Assembly: GCA_964574655.1 (NCBI GenBank)
Contig: CAZNOH010000001.1
Coordinates: 137,852-201,851, forward strand
Source of the DNA: an uncultured Candidatus Saccharibacteria bacterium
GTDB lineage: Bacteria; Patescibacteriota; JABMPQ01; JAQVVF01
Length of the DNA stretch: 64,000 bases
Direction: 5' to 3'
Of the stretch, positions 1 through 9,500 are shown piece after piece. The first letter of the stretch is position 1. Every line of letters starts with the position of its first letter. The notes below the pieces were generated by a model. It did not search any database, was not told where the DNA came from, and was given only the letters and a program-made list of their open reading frames with translations. The translations under genes and the position numbers were made by a program.

Positions 1-792
1 AAACATCGGCAAGCTTAAGGATAAGCTCCAGATAAATTTATGCCAATAATTCTTGGTTTCTTTTTCTGATCTGATTTGGTCTTGTTTGGAATTGTTTTTA
101 GTTATAATCGAAGCATTATAGCCGGCATGTTTAATGGTTTTTATAATATCGTTTTCGCTTACTTTTGTACTATCAAAAATTACTCTACCTTTGGAAGCAG
201 TAAGATTTACATTTGCGGATTTAATTCCAGACAATTTTTTTAATTCTTTTTCAATAATATTGGCACAAGATGTACAATGCATGCCTTCGATTGCTAGATT
301 GATTTGTTGATTGGCAGAACCAGTTTTGATTACTTTTATAGGTTGATTGGTATTAATCTCATTATTCTTAATATGTTGATCAGCGGTAGCGGTATTTCTA
401 ACTAAGCAGGCTAGATATTCAGCTAATTTTTCAGCATTAGAGCCTTCGGCTTCTATTTTTGTTTCAATCTTTATTTTGAATGCCAAAGGCTTTTCGGTTT
501 TTTTGATGATAGCCTTTTCTGAATTATTATCTTTTGGTTTTTCTTGATTATTGTCATTATTATTATCTTCGTTTTTTTCATTAATAATTTCTGCTTCATA
601 GCCGGCTGTTTTTATTTTTCCTAGAATTGCTGATGAATTAGTTAGAATGTTATCGAAAGTAATTTCGCCATATCCAGAAGCATGGTTGATTTTGATATCT
701 TTAATTCCAGGCAATTCGCGTATGGTCATAGAAATTATTTTTTCGCAGGAAGCACAATGCATTCCCAAAATATCTAAAGTTATTTTGTACAT
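1..792 (-). CDS. copA: Copper-translocating P1B-type ATPase CopA, 5' part only (start codon at 792, gene runs off the window edge). It has two N-terminal HMA domains (GMHCASCE and GMHCTSCA) followed by the first transmembrane segment.
   Basis: My manual minus-strand translation from the ATG at 792 gives MYKITLDILGMHCASCEKII..., then a second HMA at about 240-300 (QQINLAIEGMHCTSCANIIEKELKK), then KFIWSLSLSLPMF. I checked the frame triplet by triplet and found no stop codon before position 1. It is not in the supplied ORF track because it is partial. Confidence 0.7.
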   Translation of the reverse strand, partial: MYKITLDILGMHCASCEKIISMTIRELPGIKDIKINHASGYGEITFDNILTNSSAILGKIKTAGYEAEIINEKNEDNNNDNNQEKPKDNNSEKAIIKKTEKPLAFKIKIETKIEAEGSNAEKLAEYLACLVRNTATADQHIKNNEINTNQPIKVIKTGSANQQINLAIEGMHCTSCANIIEKELKKLSGIKSANVNLTASKGRVIFDSTKVSENDIIKTIKHAGYNASIITKNNSKQDQIRSEKETKNYWHKFIWSLSLSLPMF

Positions 793-842
793 AAAAATTT
801 GATTAATTTATTATTTATTTATTTATTTATTTATTAATTAAT

Positions 843-2468
843 TTAATGGCAACTATAGCTAGAAGGCGGAGGATTGTAGTCGATATAGCTGTCATAATTA
901 TCGTTATTAATATCAGTATTGGTGTCAGTACTGGTGTTAGTATTTGTAACGGCATTATTTTCAGTTGCAGTGTCATTGGAACATCCGTTGCAGCCTGTAT
1001 TGCCTGAAGGTACGATGTCCAAGTCAGTATCTACTTGCGCATTAACATTATTAACAATTGAATTTTTAGCTGAGTCGTTGTTATCAACTACTTTAATAGC
1101 ACCAGAGACCATGCCCATCCAACAGCTGAATTTGTATGTTCCTGATTTTGTAGGTGTAAATTCTTTGATGCTAACTTGGCCAGGCTTCAAACTTATGGAG
1201 TCGTTGAATAACCCTTTTGAAATAACGGCATTAGTGCAGCCGCTTGTACCAGTATCGGTGATTTCCCATCTAACTGGAACATTTGTTTTGATTGTGAATT
1301 GATTAGGAGAGTAGCCTCTGGAAGAAGCATCCATTTTTAAAAGTTGTTTTCCATTAACAATTGGCGCTAGATTTTTTTCTGGATTATTATTTGTTTTTGA
1401 GGGATTGATTTTAATATTATTGAAACTAGCAAGGCCAGCGGTATTAAGTTGAGAATTGATATTAAAGATTGCAAAAAATAAAACTAAAATTCCAGCAATT
1501 CTTAGGAATTTACCTGATAGATGCGGTTTTTGGGATACTTTTACTGAAGAAAAACCAATCATTAATAATGGACCAAAAGTTCCAAGAGCAAAGAAAAGCA
1601 TTATTAAGCTTCCTTGCAAGGCGCTTCCGGAGATTAAAGCAATGCTTTGAGCTGTAATGGTAAATCCGCAAGGCAAGAAAAAAGTGAATGCGCCCATTAT
1701 AAATGGCATATAACGGCCTTTAAAATTTGACTCATCAGCAACATATTTGGTTATAAATTTTGGAGTAGTGATTTGAAATCTTTGCAAAGCCTTTACGCCT
1801 AACATTTGCAAAGCTAAAATTATCATTAATATTGAGACAATAATGACTAGCGCAAATGTAAAATTAGTTGAAATTTGAAGTTTTTGTCCGACAAATCCAA
1901 GGATTGCTCCAAAAAATGCATATGAAATGATTCGGCCGAAATTGAATAACAGATGAGGCTGTAATTTTTGCGTTAATGATTGTTTATTTGAATACAACTC
2001 TGACCATTGTTTAGACATTGATAAAATAATACCGCCAACTAAAGCAGCACAGCTTGAAACTCCAGCTAAAAGGCCGAATAAAACAAAAATCGGCAAAGAT
2101 GATTTGCTGTCAACATTAATCAGGTTAGAAAGTCCGAGCTTGTTCAGAATAAGAAAACCAGCAATTAGTAACAATGCTGTGCCTACAATGATGAAAAAGT
2201 TTTTTTGCGGAGAATGTATTTTATCCTCTTCTTCTTGTTGCTCGGAAAAATGATATTTTTCTTGAGAAAAATAATGATTAAGCGATTTTAAGCTGGGTTG
2301 TTCCTTTGTATATTCAATAGTTACCCTAGCTTTATTGTTTGAAGCATCAACTGATTTTATGTTTTCTAGTTTCAGTAATTTTTTTTCAATGATAAGTTCG
2401 CATGATGCGCAATGCATGCCTTTGACATAATAAGTTTGCTGTTTTATCTTTTGGTTATTTTTTTGCAT
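843..2468 (-). CDS. Fusion membrane protein: N-terminal HMA (CopZ-like, MHCASCE) domain, then a CcdA/DsbD-like polytopic membrane domain with Cys in transmembrane helices (SSC, LPCGF), then a C-terminal CupA-like cupredoxin domain (Cys ... CWMGM, i.e. CxMxM).
   Basis: 541-aa ORF. The HMA motif GMHCASCELIIEKKL is at the N-terminus. The hydrophobic core resembles the cytochrome c biogenesis CcdA/DsbD transmembrane region. The C-terminal soluble domain has GCTNAV and FSCWMGM, matching the CxMxM binuclear Cu(I) site of the S. pneumoniae CupA-type cupredoxin. It lies 8 nt downstream of csoR and upstream of copA on the same strand. Confidence 0.6.
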   Translation of the reverse strand: MQKNNQKIKQQTYYVKGMHCASCELIIEKKLLKLENIKSVDASNNKARVTIEYTKEQPSLKSLNHYFSQEKYHFSEQQEEEDKIHSPQKNFFIIVGTALLLIAGFLILNKLGLSNLINVDSKSSLPIFVLFGLLAGVSSCAALVGGIILSMSKQWSELYSNKQSLTQKLQPHLLFNFGRIISYAFFGAILGFVGQKLQISTNFTFALVIIVSILMIILALQMLGVKALQRFQITTPKFITKYVADESNFKGRYMPFIMGAFTFFLPCGFTITAQSIALISGSALQGSLIMLFFALGTFGPLLMIGFSSVKVSQKPHLSGKFLRIAGILVLFFAIFNINSQLNTAGLASFNNIKINPSKTNNNPEKNLAPIVNGKQLLKMDASSRGYSPNQFTIKTNVPVRWEITDTGTSGCTNAVISKGLFNDSISLKPGQVSIKEFTPTKSGTYKFSCWMGMVSGAIKVVDNNDSAKNSIVNNVNAQVDTDLDIVPSGNTGCNGCSNDTATENNAVTNTNTSTDTNTDINNDNYDSYIDYNPPPSSYSCH

Positions 2469-2476
2469 TTGTTTTT

Positions 2477-2749
2477 TTATTTGTTAAATAGTTTAGTAAC
2501 GCTTAAAATTTCTTGGCTCATAATTTTCTTTTTTTTCTCATTATTGGTTGCCATAGCGCTTTTAAAGCAAGTATTAAGATGATTTTCCATGAGCATTTGA
2601 TGAGCAGAGCGCAATAGGCCGATAGCTGCTAGATTTTGTTGCATAACATCAATACAATACTGATCAGATTCGATCATTTGAATCATCTTAGCAATTAGGC
2701 TTTGAGCCTTTTTAAAGTTAATAAGGGTTTTTTCCTTCTCATTTGTCAT
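2477..2749 (-). CDS. csoR: CsoR/RcnR-family metal-sensing transcriptional repressor (copper-sensitive operon repressor).
   Basis: 90 aa, with the DUF156 signature QYCIDVMQQ...RSAHQMLMENHLNTC (Cys-His-Cys ligand triad). It is the first gene of the minus-strand operon csoR, HMA/CcdA/CupA fusion, copA. Confidence 0.8.
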   Translation of the reverse strand: MTNEKEKTLINFKKAQSLIAKMIQMIESDQYCIDVMQQNLAAIGLLRSAHQMLMENHLNTCFKSAMATNNEKKKKIMSQEILSVTKLFNK

Positions 2750-2776
2750 GGTTGTTTAGAAAGTTAATATTTATAG

Positions 2777-2801
2777 ATACCTATACCCTAGGTACAGGTA
2801 T
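2777..2801. promoter_or_regulatory. Candidate CsoR operator: imperfect GC-core palindrome ATACCTATACCCTAGGTACAGGTAT (core TACC-TAG-GGTA), about 30 bp upstream of the csoR start.
   Basis: I read the near-palindrome directly. It resembles described CsoR boxes of the TACCC...GGGTA type. It sits in the divergent promoter region between csoR and the CopB-like ATPase. Confidence 0.4.
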
Positions 2802-2994
2802 GCAATCAATATATATGATGGGCTATTTTTTGTCAAACATTAATTATCCACAAGATAAAAAAAGGCAAAAGTAAAAAGGAAAAATTAAAAAGTTTCAAGT
2901 TAAAAAATCATTAAAGTTTTATGTATTTTTTAGTGATTGTAAGTGTTTTGTTTGTAATATATAATAGGGTTGCTATAAGATATTGGTAAAATTT

Positions 2995-5244
2995 ATGCAA
3001 AATAAAAATAAAATGATTCATCATTGTAGTTGTAATAAATGTATTTGTGGTGAAGCTGAAAAATTAAGTGTTAGTTGTGGTTGCGAATTGGAAGCAAAAC
3101 AATATGAATATGGTCTTGATAAAAAAATGAAGCATAAGGATCATAAGATGAATATGGACTCTAGTTCAACAGCTAATCAGGCAAAGCATGATATGTCTAA
3201 GATGAGCCATCCCTCCTTTGCTTCTGCTACGGAGGGCAGGCAAGATCATGAAATGGCAATGACAAATCCAATGATGGCCAAAGAGATGGAGGCAGATATG
3301 AAGCGCAGATTTTTTATCTCGCTTTTTTTGTCAATTCCGATTCTTCTTTATTCGCCTGTTGCCATTAATTTTTTTAAACTTAATTTACCGTCATTAATAC
3401 CGGTAAATTGGCTGTTATTTATTTTAACAACGCCAATTGTTTTTTGGGCCGGTTCAATTTTTATTATAGGCGCATATTATTCTCTCAAAAGTCGAAAATT
3501 AAATATGTCTGTTTTGATTGCAACTGGTGTTTTGGCGGCATATTTATTTAGCGTATTTTTAACTATTATAAATGGCGGAGAGACTTTTTATGAAGCGGCA
3601 GCGTTGTTGGTAACTTTTGTTTTGTTTGGGCATTGGATGGAGATGAAATCTCGGCGAGGTACTTCTGATTCTTTGCGGGCTCTTTTTGATTTGGTTCCGC
3701 CTCAAGCTAAAATTTTACGGAATGGAAAAGAAATTACTGTTCAAGTTAGTAAAGTAATAAAAGGAGACATTGTAGTGATTCACCCTGGCGATAAAATTCC
3801 TGTTGATGGTGAAATAATTGAGGGTGAAACAGTAATTGATGAGTCATTGGTTACTGGCGAATCTATTCCAGTTGAAAAAAAAGTAAAAGATAAAGTTATT
3901 GGCGGATCAATTAATCAAACTGGAGCAATAAAATTTAAGGCAGAAAAAGTTGGTAGTGAGACAGTTTTAGCTCAGATAATCAAATTAGTAGAGACTGCTC
4001 AAAATTCAAAAGCTCCAGGACAGAGAATTGCTGATAAGGCAGCTGGTTGGTTAGTTATCTTGGCAGTTGGTTCTGGTTTGGCAACTTTTTTGGGCTGGTA
4101 TTTTGTAGCTCAATCATCATTGTTTATTGCTTTAACTTTTGCGGTTTCAACTGTTGTGATTGCTTGTCCGGATGCATTGGGATTGGCAACGCCGACTGCG
4201 GTTGCAGTTGGCACTGGCATTGGAGCAAAACATAATATTTTGATCAAAGATGCTACAACATTGGAACAAGTTTCAAAAATTCAGGCGATTGTTCTGGATA
4301 AGACTGGTACTTTGACAGAAGGAAAGCCAAAAATGACTGATTTGAGAAGTTTTAACGGATTTACAGAAACTGATGTTTTGCTTTATGAAGCGAGCTTGGA
4401 AAGCGGATCAAATCATCCAGTTGCTAAAGCAATTGGTGATTCTGCAAAAGAAAAGAAAGTTTTGCTTATGCGTTTGAATAAGTTTGAGTCAATAGCTGGA
4501 TTTGGATTAGCTGGCATAGTTAACGGAAAAAATGCTTTGGCTGGAAAAGAACAATTATTGATAGATAAAAAAGTTGATACCTCAGTTGGAAAATTAGATC
4601 GAGATAAATTTTTTGATCAAGGCAAAACATTAAGTTTTTTAGCAATAGATGGCAAGCTTGCTGGAATAATTGCGGTTGCTGACACGATCAAGCCTACTGC
4701 AAAGCAAGCAATTAAAAATTTTAAAAAAATGAATATAGAGGTGGCGATGATTACTGGCGATCATAAAAAAGTTGCAGAAGCTGTTGGCAAAGAATTAAAT
4801 ATCGATCGTGTTTTTGCTGGAGTTGAGCCTTCAGATAAGGCGAAATATGTTAAAAAACTTCAAGATGAAAATAAATTTGTGGCAATGGTTGGAGATGGTA
4901 TAAATGATGCTCCAGCTTTAGCTCAATCTGATATTGGAATTGCAATTGGGGCAGGGACAGAAGTCGCAATTGAAACTGCCAAAGTTGTTTTGATGAAATC
5001 TGATCCATTTGATATTATTCGAGCGATAATTTTGAGCAAGGCAACAGTTACAAAAATGAAACAGAATCTTTTTTGGGCGGCAATTTATAATATTCTAGCA
5101 ATTCCTGTTGCAGCTGGAGTTTTTTATAATTCTTTCGGTATTTCTTTACGTCCAGAAATTTCAGCTTTGTTGATGTCTGCTTCTTCAATTATTGTGGCAA
5201 CTAATGCAGTATTATTGAAAAGAGTTGAGTCTAGATTAAAATAA
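2995..5244 (+). CDS. Heavy-metal (probably copper) P1B-type ATPase, CopB-like, with a Cys/His/Met-rich N-terminal metal-binding region. It has DKTGT, YN...P and MSASS motifs, but its TM6 motif is CPD instead of CPC/CPH.
   Basis: The ORF is 2983..5244 with a TTG-extended start; the ATG at 2995 is the likely real start. Motifs present are DKTGTLT, GDGINDAP, ACPDALGLATP, AAIYNILAIPVAAG and LMSASS. The N-terminus has CSCNKCICGE, SCGCE, HKDHKMNM and MTNPMMAKEMEADM. Confidence 0.85.
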   Translation: MQNKNKMIHHCSCNKCICGEAEKLSVSCGCELEAKQYEYGLDKKMKHKDHKMNMDSSSTANQAKHDMSKMSHPSFASATEGRQDHEMAMTNPMMAKEMEADMKRRFFISLFLSIPILLYSPVAINFFKLNLPSLIPVNWLLFILTTPIVFWAGSIFIIGAYYSLKSRKLNMSVLIATGVLAAYLFSVFLTIINGGETFYEAAALLVTFVLFGHWMEMKSRRGTSDSLRALFDLVPPQAKILRNGKEITVQVSKVIKGDIVVIHPGDKIPVDGEIIEGETVIDESLVTGESIPVEKKVKDKVIGGSINQTGAIKFKAEKVGSETVLAQIIKLVETAQNSKAPGQRIADKAAGWLVILAVGSGLATFLGWYFVAQSSLFIALTFAVSTVVIACPDALGLATPTAVAVGTGIGAKHNILIKDATTLEQVSKIQAIVLDKTGTLTEGKPKMTDLRSFNGFTETDVLLYEASLESGSNHPVAKAIGDSAKEKKVLLMRLNKFESIAGFGLAGIVNGKNALAGKEQLLIDKKVDTSVGKLDRDKFFDQGKTLSFLAIDGKLAGIIAVADTIKPTAKQAIKNFKKMNIEVAMITGDHKKVAEAVGKELNIDRVFAGVEPSDKAKYVKKLQDENKFVAMVGDGINDAPALAQSDIGIAIGAGTEVAIETAKVVLMKSDPFDIIRAIILSKATVTKMKQNLFWAAIYNILAIPVAAGVFYNSFGISLRPEISALLMSASSIIVATNAVLLKRVESRLK

Positions 5245-5328
5245 AATAATTTTTATCCGCCTTTGTTAAAGCTTCCACCTTCGCTAAAGCTTCGGTGGAC
5301 AAGTCGGCGGACGAGGGAGGTGATAAAT

Positions 5329-5463
5329 ATGATGGATTATAATATGATGAGTGGAGTTAATGGGGGAAATATGATGTTTTTTGCTTGGACTATATATATT
5401 TTGATTATTGTTTTAATTATTTTGGCAATTATAGCGTTGTGGAAATATATAAATAAAAAATAA
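5329..5463 (+). CDS. Small Met-rich membrane peptide (MMDYNMMSGVNGGNMMFF + one transmembrane helix) downstream of the Cu-ATPase; a possible Cu(I)-binding accessory peptide.
   Basis: The supplied ORF 5263..5463 is over-extended through a hairpin element. The real start is probably the ATG at 5329, preceded by the Shine-Dalgarno sequence GAGGGAGG (5313-5320). Confidence 0.35.
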   Translation: MMDYNMMSGVNGGNMMFFAWTIYILIIVLIILAIIALWKYINKK

Positions 5464-5467
5464 AAAT

Positions 5468-5722
5468 ATGATAAATTTAAAACATTTAAGTAAAGTTGTT
5501 GTTTTATGGATGAGCCTTGTTTATACTGTTTGTTACGCAGGAGTGGCAATTTATCCTCCGATTAGAGGATTATTTATGAAATATTCTTTGCATGCTGACA
5601 TGGTTTTTGTTTCTAATTTTTTCAGTATTGGTTATTTTATTTCTGGTTTGATTATTTGGAATGTGGTTGGATTAGCTGGAGCCGGGTTGTTTGCTGTGTT
5701 GTTTAATAAAATTAAAAGTTAG
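5468..5722 (+). CDS. Hypothetical small membrane protein (two or three transmembrane helices).
   Basis: 84-aa ORF with hydrophobic segments, 4 nt after the previous small ORF. Confidence 0.35.
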   Translation: MINLKHLSKVVVLWMSLVYTVCYAGVAIYPPIRGLFMKYSLHADMVFVSNFFSIGYFISGLIIWNVVGLAGAGLFAVLFNKIKS

Positions 5723-5789
5723 ATAAAGAGTAGAAAAAATTATTATCATTTTTTTTGACAAATTTTGTATTTCTGGTAAAATAAACTTG

Positions 5790-6052
5790 TAAATTTTAAA
5801 AACGTTTGAGTCTGGTTATCGCCAGATGATGTTGGTGAAAGAAAGCTTGGAAGTTTCTACCTTGCCTCTGCCTTCGTTACGCTTTGGCAGGCAGGCATGG
5901 CAAGGGTCGAACCTCCGCCATGGGCGGAGTAGAAGTTCTGAGTAATTAGATTCATTCGGGTAAGCCCGTTATAGCTTGAAATAAGTTACCGCCTTCACTC
6001 TTCACTTCGTTCAGAGCTTCGGCGGTTAAAAGAGGTGGTACCGCGAATTATT
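5790..6052 (+). ncRNA. Candidate structured non-coding RNA or hairpin-element cluster. It is a GC-rich stretch with three GC-rich hairpin elements (5868-5895, 5912-5929, 5988-6026) plus other stem-loops, and ends at an intrinsic terminator.
   Basis: There is no ORF. GC content is locally higher than its surroundings. Nested helices include CCTTGCC...GGCAAGG, CTCCGCC-atg-GGCGGAG and CGGG-taag-CCCG. It is preceded by a weak promoter-like TTGACA-N15-TAAAAT (5756-5782). I recognised no RNase P, SRP or tmRNA signature. Confidence 0.25.
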
Positions 6053-6081
6053 CGCCCTCTAAATTTTTTAGGGCGTTTTTT
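6053..6081 (+). terminator. Rho-independent terminator (CGCCCT-loop-AGGGCG + T6).
   Basis: Perfect 6-bp GC stem followed by TTTTTT. Confidence 0.6.
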
Positions 6082-6159
6082 AATGGTAATAAAATGATTA
6101 TTGATGTGCAGACTTTTATAATTAAATAAAAAAACCACGTTAGTGGTTAAGTAAGTGCA

Positions 6160-6393
6160 TTATTTCTTTTGAGGAATGATCTGGAATTGAGAAATGAAAA
6201 GGTTGGAAAAATAGAAACAGAACAAACCGTTGATTAAGCAAAAAATGGTTAAAACTTCCATAATAAGAATATTCGTAGAAAGGAAAATCATGACTATTGC
6301 ATATAGCACAATTGCGAAATGTATTAGAGAAGCTGTTAAAAGAAACATCGTTATTGCGACTATCCAAGGATGTTTTTTGAGTGTGTTTCTCAT
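6160..6393 (-). CDS. Hypothetical small membrane protein (77 aa, two transmembrane helices).
   Basis: Hydrophobic ORF in an otherwise empty region; coding status uncertain. Confidence 0.25.
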   Translation of the reverse strand: MRNTLKKHPWIVAITMFLLTASLIHFAIVLYAIVMIFLSTNILIMEVLTIFCLINGLFCFYFSNLFISQFQIIPQKK

Positions 6394-6549
6394 TTCTCGT
6401 CCCCTTTTTTGTTGAAAGAACTATATAAATTTTAGCATATTAATTAATAATTGTCAATAGAATCGCGAATATGCACAAATTTATCACAAATAGCACTAAT
6501 AGTCTATATGTGAAATTTGTGCAAGATTCGTGCAAATTCGAGAAATTTT

Positions 6550-9500
6550 ATGTTTAAAAAAGTAGATCCAAAACAAGATTTTATAAAATTAGAGCATGAT
6601 GTTCTTGGTTTTTGGAATGAGAACAGAATGTTTTATAAATTGCAGAATAAAAATCATGGCAAAGAGCCTTGGTCTTTTATTGATGGTCCAATTACAGCAA
6701 ATAATCCAATGGGAGTCCATCATGCGTGGGGCAGAACATTGAAAGATGTTTTTCAGCGTTATAAGGCGATGCAAGGATTTGATCAACGATGGCAAAATGG
6801 TTTTGATTGCCAAGGTCTTTGGGTTGAGGTTGAAGTTGAAAAAGATTTGGGATTTAATTCTAAAAAAGAAATTGAAAAATTCGGTTTGGATAATTTTTCT
6901 AAAGCTTGCAAAGAAAGAATTGAAAAATATTCCGAAATTCAGACTGAACAATCAAAAAGACTGGGACAGTGGATGGATTGGAGAAATTCTTATTATACAT
7001 ATACAGATGATAATATTGAGGCAATCTGGACTTTTTTAGAAAAATGCAAAAGAAATGGCTGGCTATACAAGGGATATTCAGTAATGCCTTGGTGTACAAG
7101 ATGCGGGACTGCTTTGTCTCAACATGAATTATCAGATGATGGCTGGAAAGAAGTTGTTCATCAGGCAGTTTATATTAAATTAAAAAGAAAAAGCGAAGAA
7201 GCTGAAATTAATGAATATTTCTTGGTTTGGACAACAACTCCTTGGACATTGCCAGCAAATGTTGCTTTGGCTGTAAATCCAAAAGTAAAATATGTCAGAG
7301 TAATGAAGGACGGCGAGACCTATATCTTAGCTAAGGCTTTAGTTTCGAAAGTTTTGGGTGAAGCAGAAATTGTAGAGGAAGTTGATGGAAAAAGTCTTTT
7401 GGGTCTGCATTATGAAGGACCTTTTGATGAATTGCCTGCACAAACAGGAGTAGATCACAAAGTAATTTCATGGGAAGATGTTTCTGATGCTGAAGGTACT
7501 GGCATTGTTCATATTGCGCCTGGTTGTGGTGAAGAAGATTATCAGCTTTCTAAAACTAATGATTTGAAAATTATTGCTCCAATTGATGAATTTGGCAACT
7601 ACGTTGATGGTTTCGACTGGTTGAACAAAAAAAATGTTCACGGAATTAAGAATGAGATTTTTTCTTCTTTGAAAGAAAAAGGTAATTTTTTGAAAATTGC
7701 TGATATTAAACATCGCTATCCATTTTGCTGGAGATGCAAAGAAGAATTAGTATTTAGAGCTGTTTCAGAATGGTTTATTGATGTTTCTGAAGTCAGAGAG
7801 CCAATGAGGAAGGCTGCAGAAAAAGTTGGTTGGTTGCCTGAATCAGTTGGCAAGAGAATGCAAGATTGGCTTGATAATATGGGAGATTGGGTAATTTCTC
7901 GAAAAAGATATTGGGGTTTGCCATTGCCTTTTTATGAATGTGAATGCGGTGAAGTAACTGCTGTAGAGTCACGAAAAGAGCTTTTAGAATTATCAAATCA
8001 ACAATCAACAAATTTGATATTAGCAAGGCATGGAAGAAGCGAAGGAAATGTTTTAGGAATTACTGATGGAAAAATGCCAGGAACAAATTTAGATTGGAAA
8101 GGCGAGGAAGAAGCCGATCAATTGGCGAAACAGATGAAAGAAAGAGGAGTTGATATTGTTTATACTTCACCTTTCTCTCGTTGTAAAAAAACAGCTGAAA
8201 AAGTGGCTAAATTATGCAATGCAGAATTAGTTGAAGATGAAAGGTTGAGAGAACAGGCTTTTGGTAATTGGAATGATAAGAAAGTTTTTGAAGTTGAAAA
8301 AGAACTTACTGATTTTTATGAGGAAAATGATGATAAAAAGGCTGGTGAGACAGGTGAAAGTATGAAAGAACTTTTTGCAAGATGTCAGGATTTTTATCAT
8401 GAAATTTTGAAAAAGCATAATGGCCAGACTGTTGTTGTAGTTACTCATGATGGAATTTTGGCAAATCTAGAAAAAGTAATTGTGAATAATAAAAAAGTTA
8501 GAAATGTTATGAAAGTTACAGCTCAAAATGCTAAAGCCCATGAAATTAATATTTTAGGGAATGGCCCCAGCCATGAAGGCGGGGCAAGCAAAATTATTCC
8601 TGAATTACATCGTCCTTGGATTGATGAACTAAAAATCATTTGTCCAAAATGTAAAAAGGAAGTATCGAGAATTAAGGATGTTGGTGATTGTTGGTTGGAT
8701 GCTGGAATCGTGCCTTTTTCAACATTAAAATATTTTAGCAATAAAGAATATTGGGCAAAATGGTTTCCTGCTGAATTTGTTTGTGAAATGCGTTCTCAAG
8801 TAAGATTGTGGTTCTATTCAATGCTTTTTATGGCTGTAACGTTGGAAGATGAGACGCCATATAAACAAGTGCTAGCTTATGAAGAAGTAAGAGATGAAAA
8901 AGGCAAGCCAATGCATAAGTCTTCTGGCAATGCGATCTGGTTTGATGAAGCAGCAGAAAAAATGGGAGCTGATGTGATGAGATGGATGTACTGTGTCCAA
9001 AATCCAGCTTACAACTTAAGATTTGGCTATAGATCCGCAGAAGCAATTAGACGCAAATTAATTTTGTTATGGAACGTTTATTCTTTCTTTGTGTTATATG
9101 CGAACATTGATAATTTTAAGCCTGTTGAAAATAATAAATTAGTACTGAACAATAAACTTGATCAGTGGATTATTTCAGCTTTGAATGCATTGATTGCTGA
9201 ATGCAATAAAGAAATGGATAGATTTAATGCTCAACGCGTAATGGAAAAATGCGAGAAGTTTTTGGATGATTTAGCAAATTGGTATGTAAGAAGATCAAGA
9301 AGGAGATTCTGGAAGAGTGAAAATGATCAGGATAAGAATCAAGCCTATCAAACGTTGTATACTGTTTTGACAAATTTTGTGAAATTAATTGCACCTGTTG
9401 TGCCATTTTTGTCTGAAGAAATGTATCAGAACTTGGAGCGTCAGAGCGTCGGAGCTTCGGAGATCGGAAGCGTCCACTTGTGTGATTATCCGAAGGCTGA

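Noticed and set aside
919-1302. 127-aa plus-strand ORF and other antisense ORFs nested inside long genes (for example 6589-6951 (-), 46014-46451 (+), 55439-55960 (+), 62741-63139 (-)).
   Set aside because: They lie entirely within, and antisense to, well-supported conserved genes, have biased low-complexity composition, and have no start or Shine-Dalgarno context. They are treated as spurious.
5790-6052. GC-rich structured region tested by eye against tmRNA, RNase P RNA and SRP RNA signatures.
   Set aside because: There is no tRNA-like end pair, no GGAAAGTCCGG P4 sequence, and no GGAAGCAGCC SRP domain IV motif. It is kept only as an unclassified ncRNA or repeat-cluster candidate.
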